63,841 nucleotides of DNA, filler included, from Caldilineae bacterium (GCA_037446815.1; 4 parts of 4 records of this genome joined end to end with filler, not necessarily neighbours in it), one strand, 5' to 3'; numbered from the whole stretch's first letter, positions 36,631-50,808 are shown. Numbers and translations: made by a program. The notes: a model not told the origin generated them from the letters alone.

Positions 36631-36659
36631 ATTATACGCGAATTCCCGTCGGATGTCAA
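36631..36659 (-). promoter_or_regulatory. consensus promoter of the riboswitch-AOR transcript
   Basis: TTGACA-17-TATAAT. Confidence 0.9.
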
Positions 36660-36869
36660 TCGCTCTTGGCAGCCGTTTTGCGAATTGGTCTCCCAGTTGC
36701 GAATCCGCGAGGTTGGCTGCACCGGCGAAACCCGACCCGAAAAACAGGACATACAAGGTCTATATGAACAAACTGTAACACACAGACGAGGTATTTTGTG
36801 CTATAATCATAGTGGCGCGTTGCCGAGCGTGCCGGTACATCTTTGTTCCTTCGCCCTAGGGAGGTGCTT

Positions 36870-39800
36870 ATGCGCAGACGCGTGGACAGGTACGCGCTGG
36901 CGGTCGCGGTGCTCTTCTTCGTTGCCGCGGCGTTCTTCTTCGGGATGGCCCTCATGGCCCACGCGCGGCCTGAGCCGAACGTTACCGCGCGGAGCGGCAA
37001 CGAGGGGCCGATTGCCCAGGACTCGGCCCTCTTCGTTACGGTTGCAGGCCCGTCCGCGCCCGTGGAAATCTGCGGGACGGCGACGTTTACCGTAACGGTT
37101 CGCAACCAAGGTCCCGATGACGCCAACGGCGTCGTGATCCAGAGCGCCATGCCTGCGGGATTCACGCCCTCGCCGCAGATTGCCAACGTTGGGCTCATCG
37201 CCGTTGGGCAAGAGATCTCGCGGACGTTCGTGTTTGACGCAGGGTGCGAGGCCGTGTCCGGCGACAACACCACGACTGTCTCCTACACTGGCGGCACCGA
37301 TATCATCGTGTACACGTCGTTTGTGGTGAATCCGGGCGCGCTCACCTTGACCAAGGAGGCGATTGCGGTCAACGGCGCTCCGATCGCGCCCACGACATCG
37401 CCCCCCGCGTACCTGGGTGACGAGATCACGTGGCGGATCGTCGCGAGTAGCAGCGGGCTGGGCCCCATCAGCAACGTGGTGGTTACCGACACCCTCGGCA
37501 GCGGGTTGAGTTACGTCTCGTCCACGCCGCCGGGAGTGTTCAACGGCACGGACACCATCGTCTGGACTGCGAGCGAGGTTCCCGCCCTCGCGCGCATAGA
37601 GGCCGGACAGTCGGTAACGCTCACGGAGATTGCGCGTGTGAATTCCTGCGCCGACTTGACCAACGTCGCGCGGGGGACCTGGGGCTGCACCGGCGAGACG
37701 TGCCAGACGCCCGAAGAGGTGCAGGCCAGCGTGGCCTTGCAACTCCGGGAGCCGTTGCTGGACTTCACGCCGGCGAATATTGCGCTGCCGTACTGCTCGC
37801 CGTCGGCATCGGTGAGTTTCGCGGTGCACAATACCGGCCTGGGCACGGCACATGATGTCTTCCTCGCCGTGGATTTGAGCGGCTACAACGTTACGGTTAC
37901 GTCTCCGGGCGCTAGTTACGTGTGGTCGCCCACGCCCGGGTTCATCTTGCCCGACATCCCGGGCAGCGGCTCGTACACGCTGTCGTATTCGGTGTTGTTC
38001 TCCGGGGACTGGTGCAGCGGCACGCCGCCGACCGGCTCGCGCACGTGGTTCCCCACCTACGAGGACGATTGCGGCGTCGTGTTCCACACGCCCGTGCGCA
38101 CCAGTTCGCTCAGCGTGAGCGGAGGCCCGCCGTCGTTGTCGCTCAGCAAGTCAGGCCCCAGCGTTGCGGCCCTGGGCGATGATGTGCAGTACACGATTAG
38201 CGTCAGTTACTCCGGCGGCCTGTCGTGCGGCGCGGGCGGCCAGGCCGGAGACATCACGGTTACCGATACGATTCCCGCGGGCTGGACTGTGGTGGACGCG
38301 GACGGCGGTACTGTAACGAATGGCCACATCATCTGGACCGGCATAGACCCGGCAACGGGCGCGACCCTGCGGCCTACGTTCCACATCTCGGGCACGAACG
38401 AAAGCGGCTGCGACCTGTGCGGGAATATCTACACCAATCAGGTATCGGCATCGGTGCGGGATTGCTGCGGGTGCCTGCGCACGGCCTCGGCGTCCGCTAC
38501 GACGGCCATAGAGTGCCCGCAGACGGACATCGGCTTGGAGTCCAGCCGCACTTTCGCTTCGGCCTATGACTTTGAGTATTGCACGCCCATCACCTATACG
38601 ACCACATACACTTTTGACAACAATGCCCGCTGGGATAACGTCCCGTGGACAGACCTCTTGTTTACCGAGGACATGCCAGCCGGGCAGACGTATGTGCCGG
38701 GCTCTGCGCGCGTCCTCATCAACAGCGTGGACTACACGAGCCAGGTCGCGGTGTCGGTTGTGGGCGGCCACCTGGTATTTGACTTCAGCGGCGGGACGTT
38801 CCCGCCCAACGTTCGCAACAGCACGGTGGTGATTCAGTACGCGCTGGATACCCATCCCGGCGGGTGCGGCGACTCCACGACCTGGTATGATTTCGCGACG
38901 CTGGAGATAGATATCACGGGCGATCCGGGCTTTGACGGGCCGTGCACAACGGAGGGCGACCGCCTCGTCACCCGTGACGTTGTGGAGCCCACCGTGTACG
39001 GCTCCACCATGAGCGTGGAGGTTACAGGCATCCCGGACATCGTGTCTTCTTGCGGCACGTACGTCATCACGGTAACGCTGACGCGCACGTCGTCGGTGGA
39101 TGCGTATGACGTGCTTCTGTTCCTGGACAGCAGCAACTACGAGATCATCACGGTAACGGGGTGGTCCGGGCTTGAGCCGCTGTCGCCGCTGGAGGGTACG
39201 CCAGTGGCGGGCGGGTACGAGTGGAACTACGGCGACCTGTTCGCGGGGGGCAACACGACCGCGGAACTTTACATAACCGTTCAGGCGCGCTGCCTGTCCA
39301 CATCGTCGCTGCCGGTTACCCTGTACTATAACAACCGCTGCAATAACCTGGCGTCTCCATCCTTCCCCATGGATAGGAGCAGCCCGGACCGCCTGTGCTC
39401 AACGTCGGGCAGCGATTCCGGCCTCGTCCTGGACCCGGTTTTGACCATCTACAAGTTCCCCGAGATGAAATGGGTGTCGGGGACGCAGGTCTCGTGGCAC
39501 GCGCACATCTTGAACTCCGGCGCGGGCACGGCCTACAGCGTGCAACTCGTGGATAACATGGGGCCGAGCCAGGCGTACAATTCGGCGGTGTGGAGCGATG
39601 CCACGGGCGTAACGACCTACACGAATCAACTGCCCGATGGCACGCCTATCAACGGCGTGTCGTGGGTGCTGTCGCTGGCGCCGGGGGAATTCCGCGAGGT
39701 GGACATCGTCGCCGATGTCGTGGGCTGCCAAGACGATGTCAACGTGCTGACCATGCAAACGAAGTGCCTGGGCGCGGTGTGTTCCGGGCCGGTGAGCGAC

Positions 39801-42800
39801 GCCTCAACCCTGCTGTTCCCGCCCGCCAACCTGGTGGCCACGTCCATGGCCTACACGCCCATCAACCCGTGTGGCCAGGCCGACGTGGTGCTGACGGTGC
39901 GAAACGCGGGTTTGGCGCCGCTGTTTGACTTGGAGTTGAACTTGGCACTTCCGGCGGGGTTGACGTATGCGCCGGCGCCCAACGCCCAGTACCGCGTCAA
40001 CGGCGGGCCGTGGCTGGGATTGGGCAGCACCGAGCCGCAAAGCCCCGTGTCGCCGTTGATTTGGAGTTATGCGCAGGGCGATTCGGGTCTGTTCGCCTAC
40101 CTGGATCAATTGAACCCCAACACGACGGTGGAAGTCCGCTTCCGGGTGAATGTAGCCTGCGAGTTCATCCAGAGCCAACTGGCGTTTTATGCGTCTTACA
40201 CGGACTGCAAGACGGGCGGTCGCACCCAGACCGCGACCAACTACTTCAGCGTCCGGCCGAACAATCCAATCCTGACCGTGTCCAAAGTCCAGACGCCCGC
40301 CGGCAACCTCACCTGCGGGTCTCCGGTAACTTGGACGATAACCGTGAACAACGCGCTCTTGGGGACCGATGGCGCACCGGTTACGGCGACGGTTGTAACG
40401 CTTTCCGATACGCTCGGAAACGCCTTCAATTTCGTGGATTTGCGCGAAGGGGGCGTGTCGGTTCCGAACCGACAGGTGGTGGGCCAGACGGTAACATGGG
40501 AGTTGGCGAATCTGCGCGCGGGAGAGACTCGCACCTTCACGCTCCACGCAACGCTGGACAGCGCGCCGTGCAGCCCGTCGCTTGGCAACACGGTTTCGGC
40601 GGCGTGGGGTTGCGGCGATACGGATGAGGATCCCTCCACGCCCGCGACCTGCCAGGGCGCGCCGGTATCGTCCACGGCCACGGTAACCCGCGCCGCGCCC
40701 AATATCGTCGCGTCGTTCGGCCCGTCGGCGATGCCGGCGTGCACGTTGGGCAATTCGGTTACCATTACGCTGACGAACACTGACCCTGTGGCGGCGGCGT
40801 ATAGCCCGGCGGTAACGATTACGCTGCCCTCGGGCGCGTCGTACGTGGCGGGCACGGCAAACCCTGTGCCCAGTTCGTCCACCGCCACCCGTCTGGTGTA
40901 CAACGCGGGCATCTTGCCCGATCTGCCGCCGGGCGCTTCTACGACCATCACGTTCCAGGTGGACCTGCTGTGCATCCGCACCGGCACGTTCAATGTGAGC
41001 GGGTCCTATCTGGACTGCTGCAACAGTTCGTACGCGCTGAATCAGAATGTGGGGCCGACGTGGCAATATCCGACGCTCACCGTGAGCAAGCGGCCGACAA
41101 CCCAGGCCGTTCTCCCCGGCGAGTTGATCACCTGGACCATCTACGTAACGAACACCAGCACCACAGCCACGGCGGGCTATGTTCTGATTGAGGACACGCT
41201 GGGCAACGGCTTCAGTTTCATAACGGCGACGAACCCGTCCACGGGCCTGGGTGGATTCGTCAACGTGGGTCAGAACGTAACGTGGGAGTTGGATGACCTA
41301 GGGCCTGGGCAGGGCAAGTCGGTTACGCTCACGGCGCAATACAACGGCACGGGCGGCTCCTGCGATTCCACGCTGCGCCGCAACCGCGCCCGCGCCACGT
41401 GGGGCTGCGACAATGACAACAATATTGATGGAGATCCGACTACCACTGCCGACCGGGATTGCGCCAGCGGCGTGTACACGTCGTACTCCAACGCCTACGT
41501 AACCAGCCCTGACCTGTACTTCTCGGCCGGGCCTACATACACGTGCAACACCGATGGCTCCATCACGGTGTCGGGAACGGTTCGCAACCACAACGACCAG
41601 AGCAACACGGCAGTGGGCGTGCAAGTGCGGATTGTGGTGGACGGCGGCGCGCCCATAACGCTGACCACGACGCCGGCGAACATCGCGCCTGGCGGCACAG
41701 GCACGTTTTCGTACAACACGGGGCCGTTGGAGACGGGCGTTCCCCACACGTTCCAGGTTGTCATTGACCCCGCCAACACCATTGTGGAGTGCAACGAGGC
41801 CAACAACTCGGCCAGCGGGGCGGCGACCTGCAACGTGCCCATTCCGGACCTGACGAAGGACATCGCGCAAATCACGCGGGGCGGCCAGGTGTTGACGTCG
41901 TTCTCCAACATCCAGCAGGGCGACCTGATTCGCTACCGCATCCGCATCAGCAACCCGGGCGCGACGACGGCGTACAACGTGGTGATTACCGATGTGCTGC
42001 CGTCGCCGCTCGCGCAGTTCACGTATCAGGCCGGTTCCACCCAGGCGACGTGGCCGAACTACGTGGGCACGTACACAACCGACCCGACGGGCACCGGCTC
42101 GGCAGCCGACCCGCTGACATGGACCTTCGCCGATGTGCCGCCGCGCGGCGCGACCATTGACCCGGGCGAGACGCTCACGCTGACCTTTGACGTGCGCGTG
42201 GGCAACGGCATCACCGACGGCATGAATTACACCAACACGGCGTACACCACTGCCCAAGACGGGTATGGGCAGGATTTGCCCGATGACTGGGATGACGAGA
42301 CGCTGCCCGGCGCGCTCCCCGGCCTTGTGGTGGATAAGACCATCGCCGACATCAACGGCGGGCCGAACGACGGGTACGCCGAGCCGGGCGACATCGTTAC
42401 CTATCGCGTTGTGGTTACCAATGTCGGCGCGGGCAATGCCTATTCGCTAGCGCTGACCGACACGCTGCCGCCCGCATTTGAATACGTCCCCGGGACTACG
42501 CTGGCCACGTGGCCCAGCGGCTCGTACACCAGCGACCCGACGGTCAACGGCTCCACGCTGTTCTGGGACATCGGGGCGACGCTCCAGGGCGGCACGCCCA
42601 CGGGTCAGGCGCTGACGCTCACCTTTGACGCGCGGGTAACGGCGGCGGTAACCCAGGGTGTAACGTATACCAACGTCGTTACGGCGGCGGGCCGAACCGG
42701 CGCCGATGCGCCCATCACGACGGACTCGGGCTTGCCCGATGACACCGACCCGGACGACTCCGACGACATCTCGCTGACCGGCGCGCGGCCTGGCCTGGTG

Positions 42801-45800
42801 CTGGACAAGAGCATCCCGCTGCTCACCCGGCAGGGTAGTCCCATCCTGAACCCGACGACCGTAGAGGCGGGCGATATCGTCTCGTACTCGGTGGTGGTAA
42901 CCAACGTCGGCCTGGGCACGGCGCACAACCTGGTGTTATCGGACACGATCCCGACGGGCTTTGAGTACGTGGCGGGGAGCACCATCGCCACGTGGCCCAG
43001 CGGGACGTACACGACCGATCCCGTGCAGGGTGGCGGGTACCTGCGCTGGGACACGGGCGCGGATTTGGCGGGCGGCGACCCCGTGGGTCAGGCGCTCACG
43101 CTGCGGTTCGCCCTGCGCGTAACGTCGGCCATCGCGCGCGAACAGTTCTACCCGAACACGGCTCTTGTGAACGGCAAAGACGGGCTGGGCGAGTGGATTC
43201 CCGCCGACTCCGGAGATGCTGACGACAACGACCTGGACGACCGAGACGATGCCACGCTCCAGGCGCTGAAGCCGGCGCTCGTTACGAGCAAGTTGGTGGT
43301 GGACATCAACAATCAGCCCAACGACGGCACGGTGGAGCCCGGCGACATCGTAACGTTCCTGGTAACCGTGCGCAATGTAGATCGCGGCACGGCGTACAAC
43401 GTGGTGGTAACGGACACGCTGCCCTCTCCGGGTTGGGTCTACGTGCCGGGCACGACCTACGCCGAGTGGAACGGTGGGGCGAACACGTACACGTCTGACC
43501 CCACGATCACGGGCGGCGGCTCGATGCTGCACTGGCCCATCGGCGCGACGCTCGCGGGCGGCAGCCCCGTCGGCGATATCCTGACGCTCCGCTTTGACGC
43601 GCGGGTTACGCCGGCGATCACGTCGGGGCAGACCTACACGAATACGGTTTGGTTCACGGGCGATGACGGCGCAGGCACCGACATCCCCGCCGACACCGAT
43701 GATCCCGATGACGGCGACAAAGACGACCAAGACCGCGTCCAGTTGCTGGGCCTGGAGCCCGCGCTGGTCCTGGACAAGGCCGTCGTGGATGTGAACGGCG
43801 TGCCGTCGGTCAGCACCGTGGTTGCGGGCGATGTAGTAACCTTCACGATTGTGGTTACCAATGTTGGCCCGGGCACGGCGTACAACGTGGACGTTACCGA
43901 CCTCATGCCCGCCGGCTGGGAGTATGTTGCGGGTAGCACGTCGGCGACTTGGCCCTCCGGCTCGTCCACGGCTGATCCGACAGTTGCGGGGCAGTTGCTC
44001 ACGTGGGACCTCAGCGCCACGCTGAACGGCGGGGAGCCCGCGGGTGAGACGCTTACCCTGCGGTTCAAGTCGCGGGTAACGTCTGCGGCCACGGCAGGGG
44101 CGAACACCGATACGGCCGCGACCACGGGCGACGATGGCTCGGGCACGCGGATCCCCGCCGATACGGGCCAGCCAGATGACTGGGATCTGGACGACCAGGA
44201 TCAGGAAACGCTGACCATGCTGAAGCCCGCGCTGGCGGTGAACAAGGATATCGCACACGTCTTTGACCGCAACGGCGTGGAGATCGCGCCGACACCCACG
44301 GGCGTGGAAGCGGGCTATCAGGTGGAGTATCGCTTCGTGGTTACGAATGTGGGCACGTCCGCCGCGTACAGCCTGAACGTTACCGACACACTGCCGGCGG
44401 GACTCACATACCACGCGGGCACGTCCACGCTCAACGGTTCGCCCATCGCCGACCCGTCGGTGGTGGGGCAGAACGTTGTCTACAGCCTCAACCACACGCT
44501 GGCAGCGGGCGAGCGGATGACAATAACGCTCCGCGCAGACGTTACCAGCGCCATCGTGGCCAATGCGACGCTTACGAATGTAGCGTACGTGCGTGGGCGC
44601 GATGCGTCGGGCACGGTTATCCCCGGCGCGAACCCGGACGTGGGCGACGTGAGCGATCCCGACCCCGATGATACCGATGCCGATGACACCGGCAGCGAGT
44701 CGGTTACCGCGCTGGTTCCGGCGCTGGACGTGGACAAGGACATCGTCCGCGTGTACGACCGGTTTGGCGTGGCGATTTCGCCGATGCCTTCGGCGGTGGA
44801 GCCGGGGATGCGGATTGAGTATCGGTTCGTCGTAACGAACGTGGGGACGGGCGTGGCGTACAATGTGGACGTGGAAGACCGCATGCCCATGGGGTTGGAA
44901 TACCGCGCGGGCACGTCCACGCTGAACGGGGCGGGGATCGCCGATCCGACCGTGGCGGGCACGCCGGGCACCGGCCAAACGCTGACGTATGACCTGAACG
45001 CCACGATACCGGCGGGCGAGGCTATCACGCTGACGCTACAGGCGACGGTAACCAGCCTGGTAACCCAGGGCGCGGACCTGGTGAACTACGCCGAGGCCAC
45101 AGGGTATGACGGCGCGGGGACGGAGATACCCGACAGCAATGCCACCCTCGGCGACGTGGCCGACTCGGACCCCGATGATGCGGATGCGGATGACACGGGC
45201 CGCGAGGATATCGGCGTGGTGGTGCCTGCTCTCAATGTGGACAAGGAGATTGTCCACATCTGGGACCGCACGGACATGGAAATCTTGCCTACGCCGTCCA
45301 GCGTAGAGGCGGGATACACGATTGAGTACCGGTTCGTTGTCAACAACGTGGGCGGGGGCGCGGCCTACGGCGTGGATGTGGTGGATCACCTGCCGGCGGG
45401 GCTGGAGTACGGCTCGGGCACGTCTGCGTTGAACGGGGCGGGTATCGCCGACCCGACCGTGGCGGGCACGCCTGGCACCGGCCAGACGCTGACGTATGAC
45501 CTGAATGCCACGATACCGGCGGGGGAGGCCATCACGCTGACGTTCCGCGCTGGCGTAACCAGCCTTGTCCGCGCGGGGTTCCCGCTGACCAACACGGCGG
45601 AAGCCACCGGCCACGACGGTTACGGCACCGAGATACCGGACGCCAACCCTGGCATCGGCGACACGTTTGACCCCGACCCGGACGATGGGGACGCCGATGA
45701 CACCGGCAGCGAGACGGTCAATCCGCTCGTCCCGGCGCTGGATGTGGACAAAGTCGTTCTGCGCCTGTGGGACAACTTCGGAACGCCGATTCCGATTGCA

Positions 45801-48800
45801 TCTCCGGTGGAGCCGGGCTATCGGGTGGAGTACCAGTTCGTCGTAACGAACGTGGGGACGGGCACGGCGTACAACGTGGACGTGGAAGACCGCATGCCCA
45901 TCGGGTTGGAGTACCGCATAGGCACGTCCACACTGAACGGGGCGGCTATCGGCGATCCTTCAGTCTCGGGCAGTGCGGCGACGGGCGAGACGCTGACGTA
46001 TGACCTGAATCACACGTTGGCCGCGGGCGAGCGCATGACCCTCACCTTCCAGGCCGACCTGACGAGCCTCATCACGCAGGGCGTTGCGCTGCTGAACTAC
46101 GCCGAGGCGACGGGGTACGACGGCGCGGGGACGGAGATCCCCGACAGCAACGCGGACGTGGGCGACGTGGCGGATTCGGATCCGGACGACGCGGACGCCG
46201 ATGACACGGGCATGGCGTATCTGGAGGTGAACGAGCCGTTCCTGATCACGGACAAGAGCATCGTGAGCGTGGCGGGCGATCCCACCCGCGACTACATCCT
46301 GCCGAACGAGGTCATCCGCTACCGGTTCGTGGTTACCAACGTGGGCGTGGGTACGGCGTACTCGCTGGTGCTGAGCGATGTGCTGCCGTCGCCTGGGTTC
46401 TCGTATGTGGCCGGCAGCACGGTGCTGGAGTTGCCTTCGGGCACGTCCACGGCGGACCCGACGGTTGCGGGCACGCTCTTGACGTGGGACACGGGCGCGA
46501 CGCTGTTGGGCGGAGTGCCGACGGGTCAGGTTGTAACGCTCACCTTCTCCGCACGCACGGATAACACCTTGCCCGACGGGCAATTCATGGTCAACACGGC
46601 CTACACCAGCGCAGTGGATGGGAGCGGCGCGCCGGTGCAGAAGGCGGGCGTGGACCCGCAGGATACGGACCCGGATGATCAGGATGACGTCCAGATATGG
46701 GCGCAGAACTCCGGCCTGGTTACGGACAAGGTGATCTTGTCGGTGAACGGCCTGCCCTATGATGGGTCGGTGGAGCCTGGGGATACGATTCGCTACCGCT
46801 TCACCGTTACCAACGTGGCGGCGGGCGCGGCGTATGGCCTGAACATCACGGATACGCTGCCCGCGCCCGGCTTCGTGTACGTGCCCGGTTCCACGGTGGC
46901 GGTGTGGCCGTCCGGCTCGTCCACGGCGGACCCCGCGATTGCGGGTGTGGTGTTGAACTGGAACCTGAACGCGACGCTGGCCGGTGGCGTGCCTGTCGGC
47001 GAGGCGCTCACGCTGACCTACGATGTGCACGTTACGAGCGCCATCGTCGCGGCGCGCACGTACACCAATACCGCCACGGTAACGGGCTTCAACCAGGCGG
47101 GCGAGCAGATTCGGCCCGACAGCCCAGATCCAGAGGACGATGATCCGGACGACACGGATTCCACCACGGTAACGGGCGTTACACCCGCGCTGGTGATTGA
47201 CAAACGCATCGCAGACATCAGCCGCGGCATGGGGACGACCGTGATCTATCCGGGGGATGTCATCACGTATCAGATCATCCTCACCAACGTGGGCGGCGGC
47301 ATCGCGTACCACGTGAGCCTCACCGATACCCTGCCATCCGCTGCGTTCACCTACGTGGCGGGCAGCACCCAGGCGGTGTGGCCGCTGGGCTCGTCCACGG
47401 CGGATCCGACGGTCAACGGCCTGGTGCTCCACTGGCCGCTGGATGCGACGCTGCGCGGCGGCGAGGCGCTGACCTTGACCTTCGCGGCGCGGTTGGGCAA
47501 CAACTTCCAGGGCACGGTGTCGTTCATCAACCACGTGTACACCACAGGCCGCGACGGCGATGGCACGCCCATCCCGCCACCCTCCACAGACCCGGGTGAC
47601 TGGGATGAGGACGACGCCGACGATGTGCCGGTGGAAGGGCAGAAGCCGACAGGTACTCTGGACGTGGAGCCGCTGTGTCCCATCGCGTGCGCCGGCTGGA
47701 AGCACACCTTCGTCATCACCTACACCAACAACACGGCGATTCCGCTGACCCAGGCGCAGTTGGTGATTACGCCGCCGAATCATACGCTGGTGGTGTTCGC
47801 CGACTCGTCGGCGGGGCTGGTGTCGGGGCCGAACCCGGGGCAGGTCTCATGGAACCTGGGCACGGTGGGCATTGGTGAAGTGGTGGTGCGGAATCTGGTG
47901 CTGCATCTGTACTCCAGCATCCCACACGGCACGGTCATGATGTTGCCGGTTGGGGCCTATGCGTATGAGAGCGACCCGCTGCAAGTGGTGGAGACGTTCA
48001 CCGTGCGCCGCGATGGCGTGTGCCTCGGCCCGACGCCGACGCCGCTGCCGACGAGCACGCCGACCGCGACGCCGACACGGACACCAACTGCCACGCAGAC
48101 GTGGACGCCCACGCCGACGCCAACGAGTTCGCCCACGGCTACGGCCACGCCCACGGCGACGCCCACGCCCACGCACAGCGCGACGCCGACGGCGACACGC
48201 ACAAGCACGCCCGCGCCCAGCGCGACGCCGACAGCGACGCCGCCGGGGCCGTCGGCAACGCCCACGCAGACGCCGTATGCGGGCTGCAACTGGATTTCCG
48301 GCGGGTGGGTGGACTACGCGCCCAACGGCCTGCCCGACTTTGACATGCGTCAGGAAGGCTGGCAGAACGCGGCGGGCAAGTGGTCCTATGACGGGCCTGT
48401 GGCGGCCGCCAATGTGCTGTGGTGGTATGACTCGCGGTTTGAGACGGGCGGGTTCCCGCCGCCGGTCATCAGCGACAGTTACCCGCTGGTGCAGTCCTAC
48501 GACACGCTGGGGCCGTTGCGCCGCGATGACCATGATCCGTGGAACTTGAACCTGGCGGGGAACCCGGGAATGCGCCGCGGCGAGTTGGCCGAGAACCTGG
48601 CCTACGTTGCGCAGACGGATTTGCGCGGCGCGGCCTCGGAGGGAACAGACCTGGAACACCTCGTCCTGGGCCTTGGGCAGTACATCCATGAGAAGGGCCT
48701 GTGGCCCGAGTACAAGGTTGAGGTGCGCAAGTCGCCTCCGCTCCTTTGGCTCACCGACCAGATTCAGCAGGACAATCCCGTTATCCTGCTCCTGGGCTTC

Positions 48801-49286
48801 TGGGAGTACCAGTGGGTAACGGATGGCACGGGGCGCGGCTCGTGGCAGTGGCGGCGCATCGGCGGGCACTATGTGGCGGTGGCCGGGACGTGCCTGGTGA
48901 GCAATCAGGTGGCGTTGAGCGACCCATGGCGCGATGGCGCCGAGGCGGGCCTGAGCGCCGGACGCATCTTGCCGCCGCACGGCCCGCACGCCGACGACCC
49001 AATGCTCCACAACGACGCCAAGATGGTGAGCCACGATCTGTACGCCGTGCAGTCGTCGGCCAGCCCGGGCGGGCTGTGGGAGTTGGTCGGATACGCGCCC
49101 GTGTACGACGAAGTGGCCAACTTCGCGGGCATGAACTGGGCACAAGACCTGCGGGCCTATCGCGGGGAGTACAAGGGCGGCGCCCTCCACGTGGAGGCGG
49201 AGTACGCCATTCTCGTAACGCCCGCAAGCCATGGGGTCGCGCGGCGGTACCTGCCTGTGGTGCCCATACTCTGGAGCATTGAGTAG
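36870..49286 (+). CDS. giant (~4,138 aa) secreted surface protein: DUF11-like Ig repeats, CARDB-like domain, Pro/Thr linker, C-terminal peptidase-like domain
   Basis: signal peptide after GGGAGGTG; repeats with PGDxVTYxxxVTNVGxGxAYxxxxxDx[21 protein letters not shown] linker; TG-C-TATAAT at 36799-36807. Confidence 0.9.
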   Translation: MRRRVDRYALAVAVLFFVAAAFFFGMALMAHARPEPNVTARSGNEGPIAQDSALFVTVAGPSAPVEICGTATFTVTVRNQGPDDANGVVIQSAMPAGFTPSPQIANVGLIAVGQEISRTFVFDAGCEAVSGDNTTTVSYTGGTDIIVYTSFVVNPGALTLTKEAIAVNGAPIAPTTSPPAYLGDEITWRIVASSSGLGPISNVVVTDTLGSGLSYVSSTPPGVFNGTDTIVWTASEVPALARIEAGQSVTLTEIARVNSCADLTNVARGTWGCTGETCQTPEEVQASVALQLREPLLDFTPANIALPYCSPSASVSFAVHNTGLGTAHDVFLAVDLSGYNVTVTSPGASYVWSPTPGFILPDIPGSGSYTLSYSVLFSGDWCSGTPPTGSRTWFPTYEDDCGVVFHTPVRTSSLSVSGGPPSLSLSKSGPSVAALGDDVQYTISVSYSGGLSCGAGGQAGDITVTDTIPAGWTVVDADGGTVTNGHIIWTGIDPATGATLRPTFHISGTNESGCDLCGNIYTNQVSASVRDCCGCLRTASASATTAIECPQTDIGLESSRTFASAYDFEYCTPITYTTTYTFDNNARWDNVPWTDLLFTEDMPAGQTYVPGSARVLINSVDYTSQVAVSVVGGHLVFDFSGGTFPPNVRNSTVVIQYALDTHPGGCGDSTTWYDFATLEIDITGDPGFDGPCTTEGDRLVTRDVVEPTVYGSTMSVEVTGIPDIVSSCGTYVITVTLTRTSSVDAYDVLLFLDSSNYEIITVTGWSGLEPLSPLEGTPVAGGYEWNYGDLFAGGNTTAELYITVQARCLSTSSLPVTLYYNNRCNNLASPSFPMDRSSPDRLCSTSGSDSGLVLDPVLTIYKFPEMKWVSGTQVSWHAHILNSGAGTAYSVQLVDNMGPSQAYNSAVWSDATGVTTYTNQLPDGTPINGVSWVLSLAPGEFREVDIVADVVGCQDDVNVLTMQTKCLGAVCSGPVSDASTLLFPPANLVATSMAYTPINPCGQADVVLTVRNAGLAPLFDLELNLALPAGLTYAPAPNAQYRVNGGPWLGLGSTEPQSPVSPLIWSYAQGDSGLFAYLDQLNPNTTVEVRFRVNVACEFIQSQLAFYASYTDCKTGGRTQTATNYFSVRPNNPILTVSKVQTPAGNLTCGSPVTWTITVNNALLGTDGAPVTATVVTLSDTLGNAFNFVDLREGGVSVPNRQVVGQTVTWELANLRAGETRTFTLHATLDSAPCSPSLGNTVSAAWGCGDTDEDPSTPATCQGAPVSSTATVTRAAPNIVASFGPSAMPACTLGNSVTITLTNTDPVAAAYSPAVTITLPSGASYVAGTANPVPSSSTATRLVYNAGILPDLPPGASTTITFQVDLLCIRTGTFNVSGSYLDCCNSSYALNQNVGPTWQYPTLTVSKRPTTQAVLPGELITWTIYVTNTSTTATAGYVLIEDTLGNGFSFITATNPSTGLGGFVNVGQNVTWELDDLGPGQGKSVTLTAQYNGTGGSCDSTLRRNRARATWGCDNDNNIDGDPTTTADRDCASGVYTSYSNAYVTSPDLYFSAGPTYTCNTDGSITVSGTVRNHNDQSNTAVGVQVRIVVDGGAPITLTTTPANIAPGGTGTFSYNTGPLETGVPHTFQVVIDPANTIVECNEANNSASGAATCNVPIPDLTKDIAQITRGGQVLTSFSNIQQGDLIRYRIRISNPGATTAYNVVITDVLPSPLAQFTYQAGSTQATWPNYVGTYTTDPTGTGSAADPLTWTFADVPPRGATIDPGETLTLTFDVRVGNGITDGMNYTNTAYTTAQDGYGQDLPDDWDDETLPGALPGLVVDKTIADINGGPNDGYAEPGDIVTYRVVVTNVGAGNAYSLALTDTLPPAFEYVPGTTLATWPSGSYTSDPTVNGSTLFWDIGATLQGGTPTGQALTLTFDARVTAAVTQGVTYTNVVTAAGRTGADAPITTDSGLPDDTDPDDSDDISLTGARPGLVLDKSIPLLTRQGSPILNPTTVEAGDIVSYSVVVTNVGLGTAHNLVLSDTIPTGFEYVAGSTIATWPSGTYTTDPVQGGGYLRWDTGADLAGGDPVGQALTLRFALRVTSAIAREQFYPNTALVNGKDGLGEWIPADSGDADDNDLDDRDDATLQALKPALVTSKLVVDINNQPNDGTVEPGDIVTFLVTVRNVDRGTAYNVVVTDTLPSPGWVYVPGTTYAEWNGGANTYTSDPTITGGGSMLHWPIGATLAGGSPVGDILTLRFDARVTPAITSGQTYTNTVWFTGDDGAGTDIPADTDDPDDGDKDDQDRVQLLGLEPALVLDKAVVDVNGVPSVSTVVAGDVVTFTIVVTNVGPGTAYNVDVTDLMPAGWEYVAGSTSATWPSGSSTADPTVAGQLLTWDLSATLNGGEPAGETLTLRFKSRVTSAATAGANTDTAATTGDDGSGTRIPADTGQPDDWDLDDQDQETLTMLKPALAVNKDIAHVFDRNGVEIAPTPTGVEAGYQVEYRFVVTNVGTSAAYSLNVTDTLPAGLTYHAGTSTLNGSPIADPSVVGQNVVYSLNHTLAAGERMTITLRADVTSAIVANATLTNVAYVRGRDASGTVIPGANPDVGDVSDPDPDDTDADDTGSESVTALVPALDVDKDIVRVYDRFGVAISPMPSAVEPGMRIEYRFVVTNVGTGVAYNVDVEDRMPMGLEYRAGTSTLNGAGIADPTVAGTPGTGQTLTYDLNATIPAGEAITLTLQATVTSLVTQGADLVNYAEATGYDGAGTEIPDSNATLGDVADSDPDDADADDTGREDIGVVVPALNVDKEIVHIWDRTDMEILPTPSSVEAGYTIEYRFVVNNVGGGAAYGVDVVDHLPAGLEYGSGTSALNGAGIADPTVAGTPGTGQTLTYDLNATIPAGEAITLTFRAGVTSLVRAGFPLTNTAEATGHDGYGTEIPDANPGIGDTFDPDPDDGDADDTGSETVNPLVPALDVDKVVLRLWDNFGTPIPIASPVEPGYRVEYQFVVTNVGTGTAYNVDVEDRMPIGLEYRIGTSTLNGAAIGDPSVSGSAATGETLTYDLNHTLAAGERMTLTFQADLTSLITQGVALLNYAEATGYDGAGTEIPDSNADVGDVADSDPDDADADDTGMAYLEVNEPFLITDKSIVSVAGDPTRDYILPNEVIRYRFVVTNVGVGTAYSLVLSDVLPSPGFSYVAGSTVLELPSGTSTADPTVAGTLLTWDTGATLLGGVPTGQVVTLTFSARTDNTLPDGQFMVNTAYTSAVDGSGAPVQKAGVDPQDTDPDDQDDVQIWAQNSGLVTDKVILSVNGLPYDGSVEPGDTIRYRFTVTNVAAGAAYGLNITDTLPAPGFVYVPGSTVAVWPSGSSTADPAIAGVVLNWNLNATLAGGVPVGEALTLTYDVHVTSAIVAARTYTNTATVTGFNQAGEQIRPDSPDPEDDDPDDTDSTTVTGVTPALVIDKRIADISRGMGTTVIYPGDVITYQIILTNVGGGIAYHVSLTDTLPSAAFTYVAGSTQAVWPLGSSTADPTVNGLVLHWPLDATLRGGEALTLTFAARLGNNFQGTVSFINHVYTTGRDGDGTPIPPPSTDPGDWDEDDADDVPVEGQKPTGTLDVEPLCPIACAGWKHTFVITYTNNTAIPLTQAQLVITPPNHTLVVFADSSAGLVSGPNPGQVSWNLGTVGIGEVVVRNLVLHLYSSIPHGTVMMLPVGAYAYESDPLQVVETFTVRRDGVCLGPTPTPLPTSTPTATPTRTPTATQTWTPTPTPTSSPTATATPTATPTPTHSATPTATRTSTPAPSATPTATPPGPSATPTQTPYAGCNWISGGWVDYAPNGLPDFDMRQEGWQNAAGKWSYDGPVAAANVLWWYDSRFETGGFPPPVISDSYPLVQSYDTLGPLRRDDHDPWNLNLAGNPGMRRGELAENLAYVAQTDLRGAASEGTDLEHLVLGLGQYIHEKGLWPEYKVEVRKSPPLLWLTDQIQQDNPVILLLGFWEYQWVTDGTGRGSWQWRRIGGHYVAVAGTCLVSNQVALSDPWRDGAEAGLSAGRILPPHGPHADDPMLHNDAKMVSHDLYAVQSSASPGGLWELVGYAPVYDEVANFAGMNWAQDLRAYRGEYKGGALHVEAEYAILVTPASHGVARRYLPVVPILWSIE

Positions 49287-49306
49287 CGCAAGGGATCGCC
49301 ACAACA

Positions 49307-49346
49307 ACAGAGCGCCGCCCGGCTTTGGACGGCGCTCTGTCTGTTT
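49307..49346. terminator. bidirectional hairpin between convergent genes
   Basis: ACAGAGCGCCG...CGGCGCTCTGT. Confidence 0.7.
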
Positions 49347-50805
49347 ACGCCACGAGGGTGAGGACGCGCCCGTCGCGGGGAGGGAGGTCCACGCCGGTGA
49401 GGGCGTTCTGGGCTGCGCGGAACTCCTCGCCGCTCCAAACGTCGCGGAAGACGGGGGCGGCTCCCCACTGCGCGTCCAGCGGCAGGGTCGCCTGTCTGCG
49501 GGATCGCCCGGCGTTGAGCGCGATGATCATTACGTCGCGGCCCAAAGTTCGGGCGAAGGCGTAGATGTCGTCCTGGGCCAGGAGCGGGCGGAAGTCGCCC
49601 CGACGTAGGACGGGGTGCGACCTGCGCAGGGCTACGCACCGCTTGACATAATCGCGAAGGGCGTGATTCCACCGGCGCTCGTCCCATGGGAAAGCGCGGC
49701 GGCAGTCGGGGTCGTGGCCGCCCTCCATGCCGATTTCATCGCCGTAATAGATGCAGGGCGCGCCCGGATACGTCATCTGGAACAGGGTGGCCAAGCGCAG
49801 GGCGGATTCATCGCCCTGGGCGAGGGTCAGGAAGCGCGGCGTGTCGTGGCTGTCCAGCAAGTTCAGTTGCGCGTGGGTAACCTCCGGATGGTACAGCCCG
49901 AGGATGCGCTGGATCTCCGCCGCGAATTCGGCCAGCGGGCGAGGGCCCAGGTCGCGGTAACTCCAGACCTGCCGCGCCATGTCCACGTTCAGCGTTTGGC
50001 CCGCGAAGTAGGACAGGCAAGCCTTGGTGAAGAGGTAGTTCATCACGGCGTCAAACTGGTCGCCCTGGAGCCATCGCTGGGATTCGTGCCAGATTTCGCC
50101 CACGAGATAGGCGTCGGGGTTGATGCGCTTGACCCGGCGGCGGAACTCCTGCCAGAAGGCGTCATCGTCTATCTCGGTCGGCACGTCCAGCCGCCAGCCA
50201 TCAATCCCCTGCCGTATCCAGTGCTCGGCGACGCCGAAGATGAATTCGCGCACCGCGGGCGTGCTCGTGTTGAACTTGGGCAGGGCGGGCAACCCGGCCC
50301 AGGCCACGTAGTTGGGCTTGCGCTTGGGGTCGTAGGCGTAGAGGGGGTAGCCCTTGATGTGGAACCAGTCCACGTAGGGCGAGGCCGGGCCGTTCTCCAG
50401 GATGTGATTGAACTGGAAGAACCCGCGGCTCGCGTGATTGAACACGCCATCCAAGACGACGCGGATTCCGCGGCGATGCGCTTGCTCCAGCAGGGTGTGC
50501 AACGCGGCGTTGCCGCCCAGGATGGGGTCCACGTTGTAGTAGTCATGGGTGTGGTAGCGGTGGTTGGCCGTGGACTGGAAGATGGGCGTGAAGTAGATGG
50601 CGTTGACGCCCAAATCCGCCAGGTAGTCCAGGCGTTCGGCCACGCCGATGAGGTCGCCGCCCTTGAAGCCAAACACCGTCGGCGGCGAGTCCCAGGGTTC
50701 CAGGTTGGACGGCTTGGGAACCGATGGACTCGTGGCGAATCGGTCGGGGAAGATTTGATAGAAGACGGCATCCTTTACCCAGTCGGGTGTCTGAATGTCG
50801 CTCAT
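49345..50805 (-). CDS. GH13 neopullulanase/cyclomaltodextrinase-like glycosidase
   Basis: [42 protein letters not shown]. Confidence 0.93.
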   Translation of the reverse strand: MSDIQTPDWVKDAVFYQIFPDRFATSPSVPKPSNLEPWDSPPTVFGFKGGDLIGVAERLDYLADLGVNAIYFTPIFQSTANHRYHTHDYYNVDPILGGNAALHTLLEQAHRRGIRVVLDGVFNHASRGFFQFNHILENGPASPYVDWFHIKGYPLYAYDPKRKPNYVAWAGLPALPKFNTSTPAVREFIFGVAEHWIRQGIDGWRLDVPTEIDDDAFWQEFRRRVKRINPDAYLVGEIWHESQRWLQGDQFDAVMNYLFTKACLSYFAGQTLNVDMARQVWSYRDLGPRPLAEFAAEIQRILGLYHPEVTHAQLNLLDSHDTPRFLTLAQGDESALRLATLFQMTYPGAPCIYYGDEIGMEGGHDPDCRRAFPWDERRWNHALRDYVKRCVALRRSHPVLRRGDFRPLLAQDDIYAFARTLGRDVMIIALNAGRSRRQATLPLDAQWGAAPVFRDVWSGEEFRAAQNALTGVDLPPRDGRVLTLVA

Positions 50806-50808
50806 GGC

